Source of the DNA: Eledone cirrhosa
Taxonomy: Eukaryota
Direction of reading: 5' to 3'
Assembly (NCBI GenBank): GCA_964016885.1
Contig: OZ024750.1
Location: 26,660,001 to 26,724,000 of the forward strand
Length of the DNA stretch: 64,000 bases
Within the stretch, counting starts at the first letter, position 1, and each line of letters opens with the position of its first letter. The translations under genes were made by a program, and so were the position numbers. Shown here one piece after another: positions 27,192-37,138 of the stretch. The notes under the pieces were generated by a model. That model did no database searches and was not told the origin of the DNA. It was given only the letters and a program-made list of their open reading frames with translations.

Positions 27192-29051
27192 ACGCCGTCT
27201 AGGCGGTTCCGCAGCCGACCCGTAGCCGGCGGATCGCCCTCGGGGGACTAGCAACGATCGCGGAAGATGCAGTTCGGCCAGGGGGTCCTGTCTATTATAT
27301 AGGGTAACCTTGGTCGGACGAGCTTAGTGAACGGAAGGGTGCTAGCCGTTGCAGCTTTCGGTTTACTGCGTAGGTTACGGGTTAGCAGTGTTCGGATATC
27401 CTATATGCGTCGTCGCCCTCGTCCACGACCCGCCCGCACGTTACAGCCCGTACCCGCTGCCATCGACGAATTTTTGCCTTTACAGACCGCCGCCGCCGTC
27501 GACCGACTGGACCCACGATAGAAGACGTTCGTTACCGCTGGAGCAATGCAAATTACTCCGCGGTTGACGCCAACCATGAGCGCCTTCCCGTCCGGGCGAC
27601 GTAAAAATCTGTAGCCTTTTCGCCGAACTCCTCGCGCCGCCTTCTCCTCGCCTATTTTTTGTTTCCTTTGGTTTTCGTTCTCTCGACGGCTAGCCGCATT
27701 TCGTGATCCGCCTTTCGATTGCGCTTCCGTCGCGGCAAAATAATTCCCTATCCAGACCGCCGCCGCCGTCGCCCGACCGGACCCACGATAGAAGACGTTC
27801 GTTACCGCTGGAGCAACGCAAATTACTCCTCGGTTGACGCCAAAAACGAACGCCTTCCCGCCCGGTCGACGTAAAAGTCTGAAGCCTTTTGGCCGAACGC
27901 CTCGCGCCATCGCTTCCTCCTCGCCTCTTTTTTTCGGTCGCTCGCCGACCCCCGGCCTCGACGATTAGCCGCCTTCCGAACGCCTTTCCGTCAAGGCAGT
28001 AGATACGCGTCCGTCGTAATCGCCGTCATTTTAACGCAGGAGCGCCGCCTAAATGCCCTGCACCGCGCTTGACGACGATCTACGACGGCGACGACGCGCG
28101 CACTCTTCCTGCTGCGACGAAGGTTTCGGCTTTTCGTCGTGGACCCGGTCAGGTCATGCCGCTGACCTCGCGTGGCGTCGCCACCGCCGCGGCGGGCTTG
28201 GGTTTAGCCGTAGCTACCCTCGTTTTGCCAACGGCGACGCGATATCTATGAAAGAGAGCGGCGTCGTCCCTCTCGAAGGGACACTGGCATCAAGTCCGGG
28301 TGTCCCTGCTTGCGCCGCTGCCTTTATCGGTCGGCGTCCAAGTTTGCCCCGGCATACCTAGCCGTTAGGTTACGCGACGCCGCGATTTTCGCTTTTGCGT
28401 TCGTCGTCGTCGTCGTCGTCTTCCTAACTCTCTTCCGTTGACCGCATTCCGCCGCCATGTCGAACCGATTTCTTTTTCCGTCGCTGTAACGGCGACAGCA
28501 GCTATTGAATCGAAAGCGGAGGGCGCCGACGCCGCCGCCGCTTCCTCCTCTTCCTCGACGCCGCATGCTGCTGCCGCCTCGGCATCACGCCTCGACTCGC
28601 ACTTACGCCCAGGGAAACGCTTCTGAAAGCGGCTTCGTGCGATGCCATCGGATTGTAAACCGTCTTGCGAGCTCGTTTTCGTTTGTTTGTTTCTTTCTTT
28701 CCTTCATCGCCGCCGAGGAGGAGGAAGAAGACTAAACGATTGGCCGGCAGTCGGGAGGCGATTGATTTCGTATTCGCCCGTTTCGCCGACGACGTCGCTG
28801 GGAGAGATCTGTTAGAGATGAGTAAATGCCGCCAAACGCGTCGCGCCGCGTCCTTCTTCTCCTCTCTTCGTTTCTTCCCCACCGGCTCGTGGACCGGTTG
28901 CCGACAGTTCCGTGTTTGTTTTTTTTTGCGTTTTCTCTTTCCGCCTACAGCGAGACGAGACGAAATTCGCTGCCGCCGCCGCTATTGCCTCCTTAGCGGC
29001 AGCACAATGCGCTTCTGTTCTCAGTCGTCGTTTTGTATTTCGTGCGGAAGA
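27192..29051 (+). other. rDNA upstream spacer and 5' external transcribed spacer
   Basis: Abrupt switch to GC-rich sequence continuous with the 18S start; internal ~170-bp duplication 27483-27653 / 27753-27926. Confidence 0.8.
27296..27304 (+). promoter_or_regulatory. Candidate RNA Pol I initiation site TATATAGGG
   Basis: Resembles the TATA-TAGGG start motif known from plant and arthropod rDNA; an AT island in GC-rich spacer about 1.75 kb upstream of 18S. Confidence 0.45.
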
Positions 29052-30720
29052 TACCTGGTTGATCCTGCCAGTAGTCATATGCTTGTCTCAAAGCTTAAGC
29101 CATGCAAGTGTAAGTTCATGCCGTAAACGAATGGTGAAACCGCGAATAGCTCAGAAACCGGACCTAATCCTCGGGACCGTATTCCTCACCGCGAGGAGAG
29201 TGGATAACTGTGGCAATTCTAGAGCTAATACATGCAACTGAGGCCGCGATCGCAGGTCGCACCCGGGAGTCGGGTTACAAACGCGCAGCATTCGTCGCTG
29301 TCGTCGTTCCGTCTTCCCGCGCGGTCCCAACAGACCACGTCGACACGGTCGGCCTTCGCATTGGTCGCGGCGCAAATATTAGACTGAGACCGACGACGCG
29401 TCGAATGCCGGCAGCGCCGTTCGCAGTTCGCTGTGTGCGGTCGCGCGGCCTCGCGAATCAATTCGACTTTGGTGACTCTGCATAACTGTCAGTACGATCG
29501 CACGGGCTTAGAATCGGTTCTGACCTTCGCGCGACGGGTCCCCCGCGAGTCCACCCTATCAACTGTCGACGGCCCGGTAAGTGCCGACCGTGGTGGCAAC
29601 GGGTAACGGGGAATCAGGGTTCGATTCCGGAGAGGGAGCATGCGAAACGGCTACCACATCCAAGGAAGGCAGCAGGCGTGCAAATTACCCACTCCCGGCA
29701 CGGGGAGGTAGTGACGAAAAATAACGACGCGGGGCTCTGTCGAGACCCCGCGATCGGAATGAGTACACTTCAAATCCATTAACGAGGATCGACCGGAGGG
29801 CAAGTCTGGTGCCAGCAGCCGTGGTAATTCCAGCTCCGGTAGCGTATATTAAAATTGTTGCGTTTGAAAAGCTCGTAGTCGGAATTCGGGTCTCGAAAGC
29901 GCGCTGCGTCGTCAGCGCGCTCGTGGCGACGGCGCCGTTGTCGTTCGCGCGCTGCGCGTCGACTTCGGTCGTCCGTTCGCACTCCCGGCCCTATTCGCCG
30001 GTGCGTGCGCGGTCGGGCCACAGAGCTCTGCGTGCATCGCCGCTCGGCGTCACGGTGCGGACGGCGCGTTTTTACCTTCTTGCTTCGCTTCTTGCTTTCT
30101 TCTTGCCTATTTTCCGTTGCGCGATCGGGGACGACGCGACGACGGCGCTTTGCTTTACCGCGGGCGTTGCCGTTCGCCTCTCGTTTTCGTCGCCGCGCTC
30201 CGGTCAGGGCTTGGGGTTCGTCTCGCTTGGCTTTATAGAGGTTCTTACGTCGTCGTGCCGTCACCTCGCCGCGGACGCGCGTTCACCTCGTGGTTTTGTT
30301 TTTCTCTGTCTACGCGGGTGCCTTTTTCTTTTCGAAAGGAGAGGTTCGTCGCCAGGGTTGGACACGACGGTGTGACCGGTTTCGTCGTCGTCGGCGCGTC
30401 GCTTTCCTGCGGCCGCCGTTTGTCGTCGTCGTTCCGTTTCACCGCCGATCCGCACGGTTCCTCCGAGGGTGCTCTTTACCGAGTGTCTGAGGCGGCCGGT
30501 ACGTTCACTGTGAAAAAATTAGAGTGCTCAGAGCGAGCCGCACCGGCTCGCATGGAATGATGGAAAATGGAATGATGGAAAATGGAATGATGGAAAATGG
30601 AATGATGGAAAATGGAATGATGGAAAATGGCCTCGCCGCGCGTCATCCGTCGGTCTCCGTTCACGACGAAGCAATGATCGAAGAGAGCGATCGGGGCCAC
30701 TCGTATTGCGACGTTAGAGG
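29052..30720 (+). rRNA. 18S rRNA: 18S rRNA 5' half (truncated, pseudogenised), with expanded V2 and V4
   Basis: TACCTGGTTGATCCTGCCAGTAGTCATATGCTTGTCTCAAAG; GGAGAGGGAGC..CCACATCCAAGGAAGGCAGCAGG; GTGCCAGCAGCC; conserved sequence stops after GTTAGAGG. Confidence 0.95.
30552..30630 (+). repeat. 5 x 15-bp tandem repeat ATGGAATGATGGAAA inside 18S
   Basis: Five exact units plus ATGG where 18S normally has one ATGGAATAATGGAA motif. Confidence 0.95.
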
Positions 30721-31551
30721 GATCGGTCGCGCGGCACGTCTGTACGCGAAGCGGTGAACCGGTACGGGGCTGTAGCGTTGGCGTCGGACTCGACGTTCGA
30801 GCGTCGGTCGGGTGGCCGGTTTACGCCCGTTTCGTTGCGTTAGTTTCGTTTTTCCTTGCCCTTCTTTCGGTTGGCGGTGAGGAGAGGGAGGAGGAAGGCG
30901 GCGGCGGCGGCTGCGGGTTGGTCGCGCGGAGGCGGACGGGATTGAAAGATTACCGCGGAGGAGGGATGAAGGCGCAGCAGACGGAGAGGCTTGTCGCCCG
31001 TAAGGGCGGCTTGTTTTTTTGCCCTGCTCGCTTTTGTTTTGTTTATTTCGGTTTTTTTTCTTTCCTTACTGTTCGTCGCTGCCGGCGGCTCGCGCGTCGT
31101 CGTCGTCGTCTTTTTTTCTTCGTTTTCTTCGTTTTTGTCGGTCGGAAACAAAAACGGGGGGCTTGGCGAGGCAAGCATGCGTAAGCGAGCGGCGTTTCGG
31201 TCGCTTTTTGTGACGTTCGGTGCGTAGTGGGCGCGAACAACACGGCTCCACGCCCGGGACACCGTGGAGCGACACGGCTTCGGGATCGTTGGCGCGTCGG
31301 TAGCTTCTTTCTTTCTTCTTCGCGAGGAGGAGGGCGGTTGCCGAGACGCGCGGCAGGCGTTCGGCCGGCGGCGAACAGTCAACTCGGAACTAGTACGGAC
31401 CGGGGGAATCCGACTGTATAATTAAAGCAGAGAATCGCGTAGCCGACCGAGCCGCATAGACGCGATGTGATTTCTGCCCAATGCTCTGAATGTCAAAGTG
31501 AAGAAATTCAACCAAGCGCGAGTAAACGGCGGGAGTAACTATGACTCTCTT
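30721..31551 (+). rRNA. 28S rRNA: 28S rRNA fragment (expansion segment D8 to the R2 site)
   Basis: GGGGAATCCGACTG..TAATTAAA..GTGATTTCTGCCCA.TGCTCTGAATGTCAAAGTGAAGAAATTCAACCAAGCGCG.GTAAACGGCGGGAGTAACTATGACTCTCTT; the D8 assignment of the GC-rich 5' part is by position. Confidence 0.9.
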
Positions 31552-31734
31552 TCCGGCGCCACCCTTGACGTGGGAAGAGAGCTTAAGTCCGTGGTTTGAG
31601 CTGTACGAGAGAGGCAGCTCTACCCCGCTTCCCTTTTTTATTTATTTATTTTTTTTTTTGCGGTGGTTAGGGTTGACTCGGCAGGTTTTACCATTCTCGA
31701 GTGGTCGGCCACATAAGACGAACAAAAAGGCGCC
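31543..31734 (+). ncRNA. Candidate HDV-like ribozyme at the 28S/R2 5' junction
   Basis: P1 GACUCUC (28S, from -13)/GAGAGCU with G.U at the start; P2 ggcgcc 31555-60/31729-34; P3 CCC/GGG closing the 7-nt loop UUGACGU; candidate catalytic C at 31723; several deviations from consensus. Confidence 0.4.
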
Positions 31735-34700
31735 TAAACTATGATGAATAACAATTCTGAATTCATACGGCAGCTGGGGGCCGAAAAGCCAGCGACCGGA
31801 GGGGTCGGGATGAGCCCTTCCTGCCTGTCACAGCGTTCTGTAAAGGCCCGCTGTGACAATTGGCAACCATCTCCGAGGGCTGGCAATGAGCCGGGCCATC
31901 TCCCTCGTAAGAGCGCCGGCTCGCTGGACTTGACCCACCGGATGATTTAGATACCGACGATAGTAATTCGTAGGGATACTCCCGATAAATTTACTCTGGA
32001 GTACGTGACTCACGCTTTGGTCTTGAGAGGCAAGCAACTGCCGTCGTGGCTGGCGCGGGACCCCGTGGACCCTGTCTGCGGGGTCGTGCCGACGGTCGCG
32101 GGGGAGGATTGTCTCGAAATTCCCTGTGAGAGTATAATGTTGTCTTGCTCTTACTGTTCGCGTCACTTCTCGGGCCCTTCTGGCTGGGCGGAGCATTTGC
32201 TTCGCTGTCATGGGCGGAAAATAGTTTACAGGTGTAGCAAATCCTGTAGGGAGAGTTGTCACCTTCATTCGCTCAGGGTGCACTCTGGTCGATGCACGGG
32301 CAGGAGATGGGACGAGATGTTCGCCGGCTCGGACTTGGTCCACAGGTGTGGGGAGTGCGACCGTGCTTTCCGGACGGTCGCAGGAAGATCGCAACACGAG
32401 AGGCATCGCCATCTAGTGGTTGCCAATCGCCGCAGGATCGCGAAGCACGCGGAGGAGATCGGGAAGAAGCGTGCCTCTCGTGCTGCAGCGGCTTCTCGTG
32501 AGGCTGCTGCGCAGCCCCACATTCGTGTTGGCCGTGGATGTTGGTCCGAGGAGGAGGTGTCGATCCTTCTTGAAAAAGAGGGCGAACTTCTTAGAGCGGG
32601 GTGTCGTCGTGTCAATATTGGGATCGCTCCTTTCCTGCCCGGAAAGACTGTGAAACAGATTAGTTCGAAGAGGAGCGATCTGAATAAGAGGAAACGCTGT
32701 AAACAGTCCCCTACCCGTACTGCTGGGTCGTTAGAGAGACGTCCGCCTAGCCAGGCGAGTGGAACGTCCATCCCGGTTGCCTCCAATGTCGAGTGGAGGA
32801 ACTTGTTTGGCGATGCAACGGAGCCGGGACGTTCTCGGTGGTCCGTTGCGTTCGCGGAGTGTCTTGTCACATTTTGTGATGAGATCACGAACGAGAACTG
32901 GGATGCGTTCGCTGAGTGTGTCGATGAAAGGGTAAACAGCATGCGCTTGAGCAGAAATACACGGAGAAAGAGTAAATTTAAAAGGCCCTATAAGAAGGCT
33001 GGTAGAAGGAATGAAAAGAGACTGCTCTACGCTCGCTACCAGTTTTTGTACGACCGTGATAGGAAGAAGCTCCTTACAGTAATTTTAGGGGAAGAGATGC
33101 AGGGGGTGTGTCCAGTCCCGATGGCGGACATCGCGTCTGCTTACGAGGACAGGTTTTCCATCCCGGGACCGGATGTGGATCTTAGCGCGTATCCCGCAAC
33201 GGAGGTGGTGAACAACGACTCGCTTTTGCGTCCCTTCACCGTGTCCGAGGTTGTGGGTGCGCGTAGGTGTATGGATCCGTATTCGGCTCCGGGTCCCGAC
33301 GGAATCACGCCCCAACAGGTACGCGCAGTCGGCCCTGCAACTTTGGTGAACCTATTTCACTGTTTGCTGCTATCCGGGAGAGTTCCCGATGTCTTGAAGC
33401 TTGGAAGGTCAGTCCTCATTCGCAAACAGATGGACGGCCCGATCGATCTTTCCAATTGGAGACCCCTGACGATATGCTCTGCCGTGTATCGTTTATACAC
33501 CAGGATTCTCTCCAAAAGAATGCTTCAGGTAACACCTTTGAACCCTGCTCAAAGAGGGTTTATTAATGCGGACGGCTGCGGTGAGAATTTGTTCTTACTG
33601 CGGCAACTAATCGGACGCACTATGGGTAGGCTAGCTCGATTGAGGATTCGGCAGTTGAACGTGGCCTTCTTGGACCTTGCCAAGGCCTTCGATACGGTTC
33701 CCCACTCACTGGTGTTTGCGGGCATGAGAAGACTTGGATTTCACGAGCACATGGTCGAAGTCGTGAGAGGTCTTTACGAAGGCTGTGTTACAAAATTCTC
33801 GGTCGGAGCGGAAACGAGCAGAGCCATCGTGATCAGGCGAGGAGTACGGCAAGGAGACGCCCTCTCGCCCCTTCTCTTCAATATAGCCACTGATCCGCTG
33901 ATGGATGTTTTGTCCAATGACTGTGGCTTACGGATTGGAGAGTTGGGTTTGTCGAGTCTGGCGTATGCGGATGACAATGCCCTAGTATCCGGCTCTTCGG
34001 TGGAGATGCAGCGCCTAGTTGACAGGTGCGTGTCTTTCTACCGGGAGATGGGGCTAGCGGTGAATGTCTCCAAATGCGCCACTTTCTCGATAAAAGCGTG
34101 GGGGAAGTCTTTCTTGGTCAACACGGACTCTGCCCCTGAGATTGATGGTATTCAGCTCTTGAGAATCGACCCGGCAGAGAAGTGTTCCTACTTAGGTGTC
34201 AGTGTCGGCCGGTGGTCGAACCTCGAGATGAATGTTTCGGTGGAACACGTGTCACAGTGTATCGATAAGATTTGCTGTGCTCCACTGAAACCCCAGCAGA
34301 AATTCCATCTGTTACAACAATATTACCTGCCTAGATTGTTTTACACTTTAGCGCAGGTGATGCCTGTCCGGATTAAACTTGAGGAGCTAGACGCGGCTAT
34401 TCGCACGGGGGCACGTAGGATTATGCATCTGCATGGATCGACCTCGGTTTCCTTCTTATACTGCAGCAGACGAGACGGTGGATTGGGTCTCTGCCATCTG
34501 GCGAAATTAATCCCATCCATCGTGATTCGAAAGAATCTTCGTCTGTTGGTCTCTCGATATGACGCGGTTCGTCTCATGGCGGAATCGGCGGGCTTTGCTG
34601 TGTGGAACAGCGAGATAGCGATGCGTTATGGTTTGCCTCCGGTTCCGCCGGGCGCGACCACGTATGCGCCTGATCTTAGGCGGGAATACGCCGAGGCCTG

Positions 34701-35373
34701 GGCGTCTCAGCCCGTCCAGGGTGCGTGTGCGGGGTCGTTCAGGGGCGACCGAATCGGTAACGATTGGCTGCTCCGCCCGGGTGTGGTTTCTGAGGGGACC
34801 TTGTTAAGTTGCCTTAAACTGCGAACCAATACGTTTCCCACCCGGGAATGCCTGTCCGGGGGATCATTGCCTCAGGTTTTTTGGGGTTTTTTTTTGTGCG
34901 CGTTAGAGCCTAGAATCTCTCTTCCTATTTCCGACTAACCAATTAACCCGGTAAGTGGTCGGATGGATAATCCGAGTGACGGAGAAGTAGGACGACTCCG
35001 CCGGTTCCGCGAGTCCGGGCGTTCGTATTGGGTGCACGATAGCACGCCCTCACGCCCCGCTTCAGGGTTACGCGTTGTTATTATGTTATTAATGTTGTTT
35101 ATTAATGTTTATTAATGTTTTTTTATAATAGGAGAGTAGGAAACATAGGTCTCGAAGCGCGTTACTTACGGGTGTCCGAGCGGTGCACGACCACCTTATT
35201 TTAATTTATGAAACAGAACAAGGATTAGACTTTATCTACCGGAAGCGACAGGGGCACGCCGTTCATGCCATAGTGTGCTTGATGGCGTTGGCCCGTGGGA
35301 CCTCCCACTTTAAAAACTGGGAAAGGCGTCTTATGTTTTTGTGATCAAAACATAAGTTAAATGCCAGCTATCG
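31552..35373 (+). mobile_element. R2: R2 non-LTR retrotransposon (three-zinc-finger, R2-A-like) at the canonical 28S site
   Basis: Lies between 28S ..GACTCTCTT and TAGCCAAATGCCTCGTCATC; ORF carries ZF, Myb and RT. Confidence 0.95.
32005..34938 (+). CDS. R2 ORF: R2 protein: CCHH-CCHC-CCHH fingers, Myb, RT; C-terminal CCHC/RLE endonuclease missing
   Basis: CSYC..HLLRCH, CSKSC..HSGRC, CGEC..HERHRH, WSEEE..KTVKQISSKR, APGPDG, QRGF, FLDLAKAFDTVPH, GVRQGDALSP, YADD, YLGV, KLRTNTFPTR; in frame with ATG 31741 across one TAG. Confidence 0.93.
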   Translation: MTHALVLRGKQLPSWLARDPVDPVCGVVPTVAGEDCLEIPCESIMLSCSYCSRHFSGPSGWAEHLLRCHGRKIVYRCSKSCRESCHLHSLRVHSGRCTGRRWDEMFAGSDLVHRCGECDRAFRTVAGRSQHERHRHLVVANRRRIAKHAEEIGKKRASRAAAASREAAAQPHIRVGRGCWSEEEVSILLEKEGELLRAGCRRVNIGIAPFLPGKTVKQISSKRSDLNKRKRCKQSPTRTAGSLERRPPSQASGTSIPVASNVEWRNLFGDATEPGRSRWSVAFAECLVTFCDEITNENWDAFAECVDERVNSMRLSRNTRRKSKFKRPYKKAGRRNEKRLLYARYQFLYDRDRKKLLTVILGEEMQGVCPVPMADIASAYEDRFSIPGPDVDLSAYPATEVVNNDSLLRPFTVSEVVGARRCMDPYSAPGPDGITPQQVRAVGPATLVNLFHCLLLSGRVPDVLKLGRSVLIRKQMDGPIDLSNWRPLTICSAVYRLYTRILSKRMLQVTPLNPAQRGFINADGCGENLFLLRQLIGRTMGRLARLRIRQLNVAFLDLAKAFDTVPHSLVFAGMRRLGFHEHMVEVVRGLYEGCVTKFSVGAETSRAIVIRRGVRQGDALSPLLFNIATDPLMDVLSNDCGLRIGELGLSSLAYADDNALVSGSSVEMQRLVDRCVSFYREMGLAVNVSKCATFSIKAWGKSFLVNTDSAPEIDGIQLLRIDPAEKCSYLGVSVGRWSNLEMNVSVEHVSQCIDKICCAPLKPQQKFHLLQQYYLPRLFYTLAQVMPVRIKLEELDAAIRTGARRIMHLHGSTSVSFLYCSRRDGGLGLCHLAKLIPSIVIRKNLRLLVSRYDAVRLMAESAGFAVWNSEIAMRYGLPPVPPGATTYAPDLRREYAEAWASQPVQGACAGSFRGDRIGNDWLLRPGVVSEGTLLSCLKLRTNTFPTRECLSGGSLPQVFWGFFLCALEPRISLPISD

Positions 35374-36008
35374 TAGCCAAATGCCTCGTCATCTAATTGG
35401 TGACGCGCATGAACGGATCATCGAGATTCCCACTGTCCTTATCTACTGTCCAGCGAAACTACAGCCAAGTTGAGCCTGTTGAGGTTGACTCTAGTCCGGT
35501 TTTGTGAGGGCACACGGTAGGCGTAGCATAGGCGGGAGCAATCTTGCGTCTCTCGGCAGGCGGCAGCGTCGCTTGCGGGTCGCTTGCGGCTTTGCAGCGG
35601 CGTTCGCCATCTGTCGGGTACCGTGCGCGTTTGCGTCGATGAAAAACCGCCACTTCCGTAGTTTCTTCGCTCACTCGATTGAGAAGGGACGGGGCCGTCG
35701 CCGAGCGGTGGTTCATTTATCTGGTGCGAAGCGTGCGGTGCATGTCGCGCGCGCACACGTTGTGCGCCGACGCAGCCGATGCGCGACCCTTAGTCGAGAA
35801 CAGTGTCGGTCGGGGCGTTTGACTGGGGCGGTACGTCTGTCAAAGGGTAACGCAGGTGTCCCAAGGCGAGCTCAGCGTGGACGGAAACCACACGTTGAGC
35901 AAAAGGGCAAAAGCTCGCTCGATCTCGATTTTCAGTACGAATACGGACCGCGAAAGCGTGGCCCATCAATCCTTTCCGAATAGCGGCGAGCTATGCGTCC
36001 GCCGAGAA

Positions 36009-36047
<39 letters not shown>

Positions 36048-36070
36048 GGCCAATCGTTCGCAGCGACGTC

Positions 36071-36108
<38 letters not shown>

Positions 36109-36150
36109 CGAAGCAGAATTCGCAAAGCGTTGGATTGTTCACCCACTAAC

Positions 36151-36197
<47 letters not shown>

Positions 36198-36746
36198 TCC
36201 TACCGATGCATTGCGTGTAGGCGGCGGCGGTGGCGGCTGCAGCCACCTTCTCGAAGGCGGCTGCGGTCGGCGTCGCCGCCGGCAACGTCAACTCGGCTAC
36301 GGCTATCCCGTCCAGTACGAGAGGAACCGCGGGATCAGAGCAACGGTTTGCGCGCTCGTTCGATAGAGCGGTGGTGCCAGGCTGCCTCTGAGCGATAACG
36401 GCTGAACGCCTCTAAGCCGGAACCGTAGCCGGACCCGAGTTGTTTTTCTAAAGCGTCTCAACCTTTTTAAGGCGCATGCCTTAGTTTGGCGATTGCCGTC
36501 CGTTCGGCGAAGTCGCTTCCCTTTTCGGGGTGCGCGTCGTCGTCGGCGGCAGCGTCAGCGGAATTGCCATTCTGTGACGACTATGACTCGTCGTCGTCGT
36601 TGTCGTCCGTTCGATTTGTTGAAAGAGATCGAGACGAAAAGGATCGCTTGTATACGACTCGACTTGCCGTTCGGAGTGACGTGCTTAGTAGAGCAGCTAC
36701 CACACTGCGATCTATTGAGTCTCTTCTCACGAACGACACGATCCGC
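35374..36746 (+). rRNA. 28S rRNA: 28S rRNA 3' part (R2 site to 3' end), with a small internal deletion
   Basis: TAGCCAAATGCC; TTTGACTGGGGCGGTA; CCACAGGGATAACTGGCTTGTGGC; sarcin-ricin loop AGTACGAGAGGAAC at 36314-36327; GAGCAGCT..CTGCGATCTATTGA; 3' end approximate. Confidence 0.93.
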
Positions 36747-37138
36747 CCATCGAAGCGGCAAGCAGAAAGGGAAAAGAAAATTCGAAAGCGGCTAAGGAAG
36801 TTACGAACGAACGAGAGATAGCAGCTACCGGGTTGGAACACTGACGCGACTTTCTTTCGACGGGTTAGCGTAGCAACGACGACGACGACACATACGTACA
36901 TACAAACAAGTCCGCTCCGTGCGGGCGTCAGCCGCCGATCGATCGGTTCGTTCTTTTAACAGTTCCGCCGCTGCTACTGCTACCCACCAACCAGTCCGCG
37001 CGCCAACTTTTACGACGAGTTCAGTCGCTCGCTCGTTTGCCAGGTTGCGCCAACGACCCTCAAAGTCGATTAGCATCGAAAGAAGAGAGAGTTCACGGTA
37101 AATGCGACACAGCCTTGGTTCGAGTGCCGCCGATCCGT

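Noticed and set aside
27327-31421. Many Arg/Ala-rich ORFs, including the MMENG repeat peptide
   Set aside because: Shadow frames of GC-rich ETS, 18S and 28S sequence; MMENG is the 15-bp rDNA repeat
31890-31990. Alternative HDV-ribozyme elements (CCCTCGT loop; TACTCCC complementary to 28S GGGAGTA)
   Set aside because: Cannot be assembled into P2/P3/P1.1 with correct spacing, and they lie within the probable coding frame
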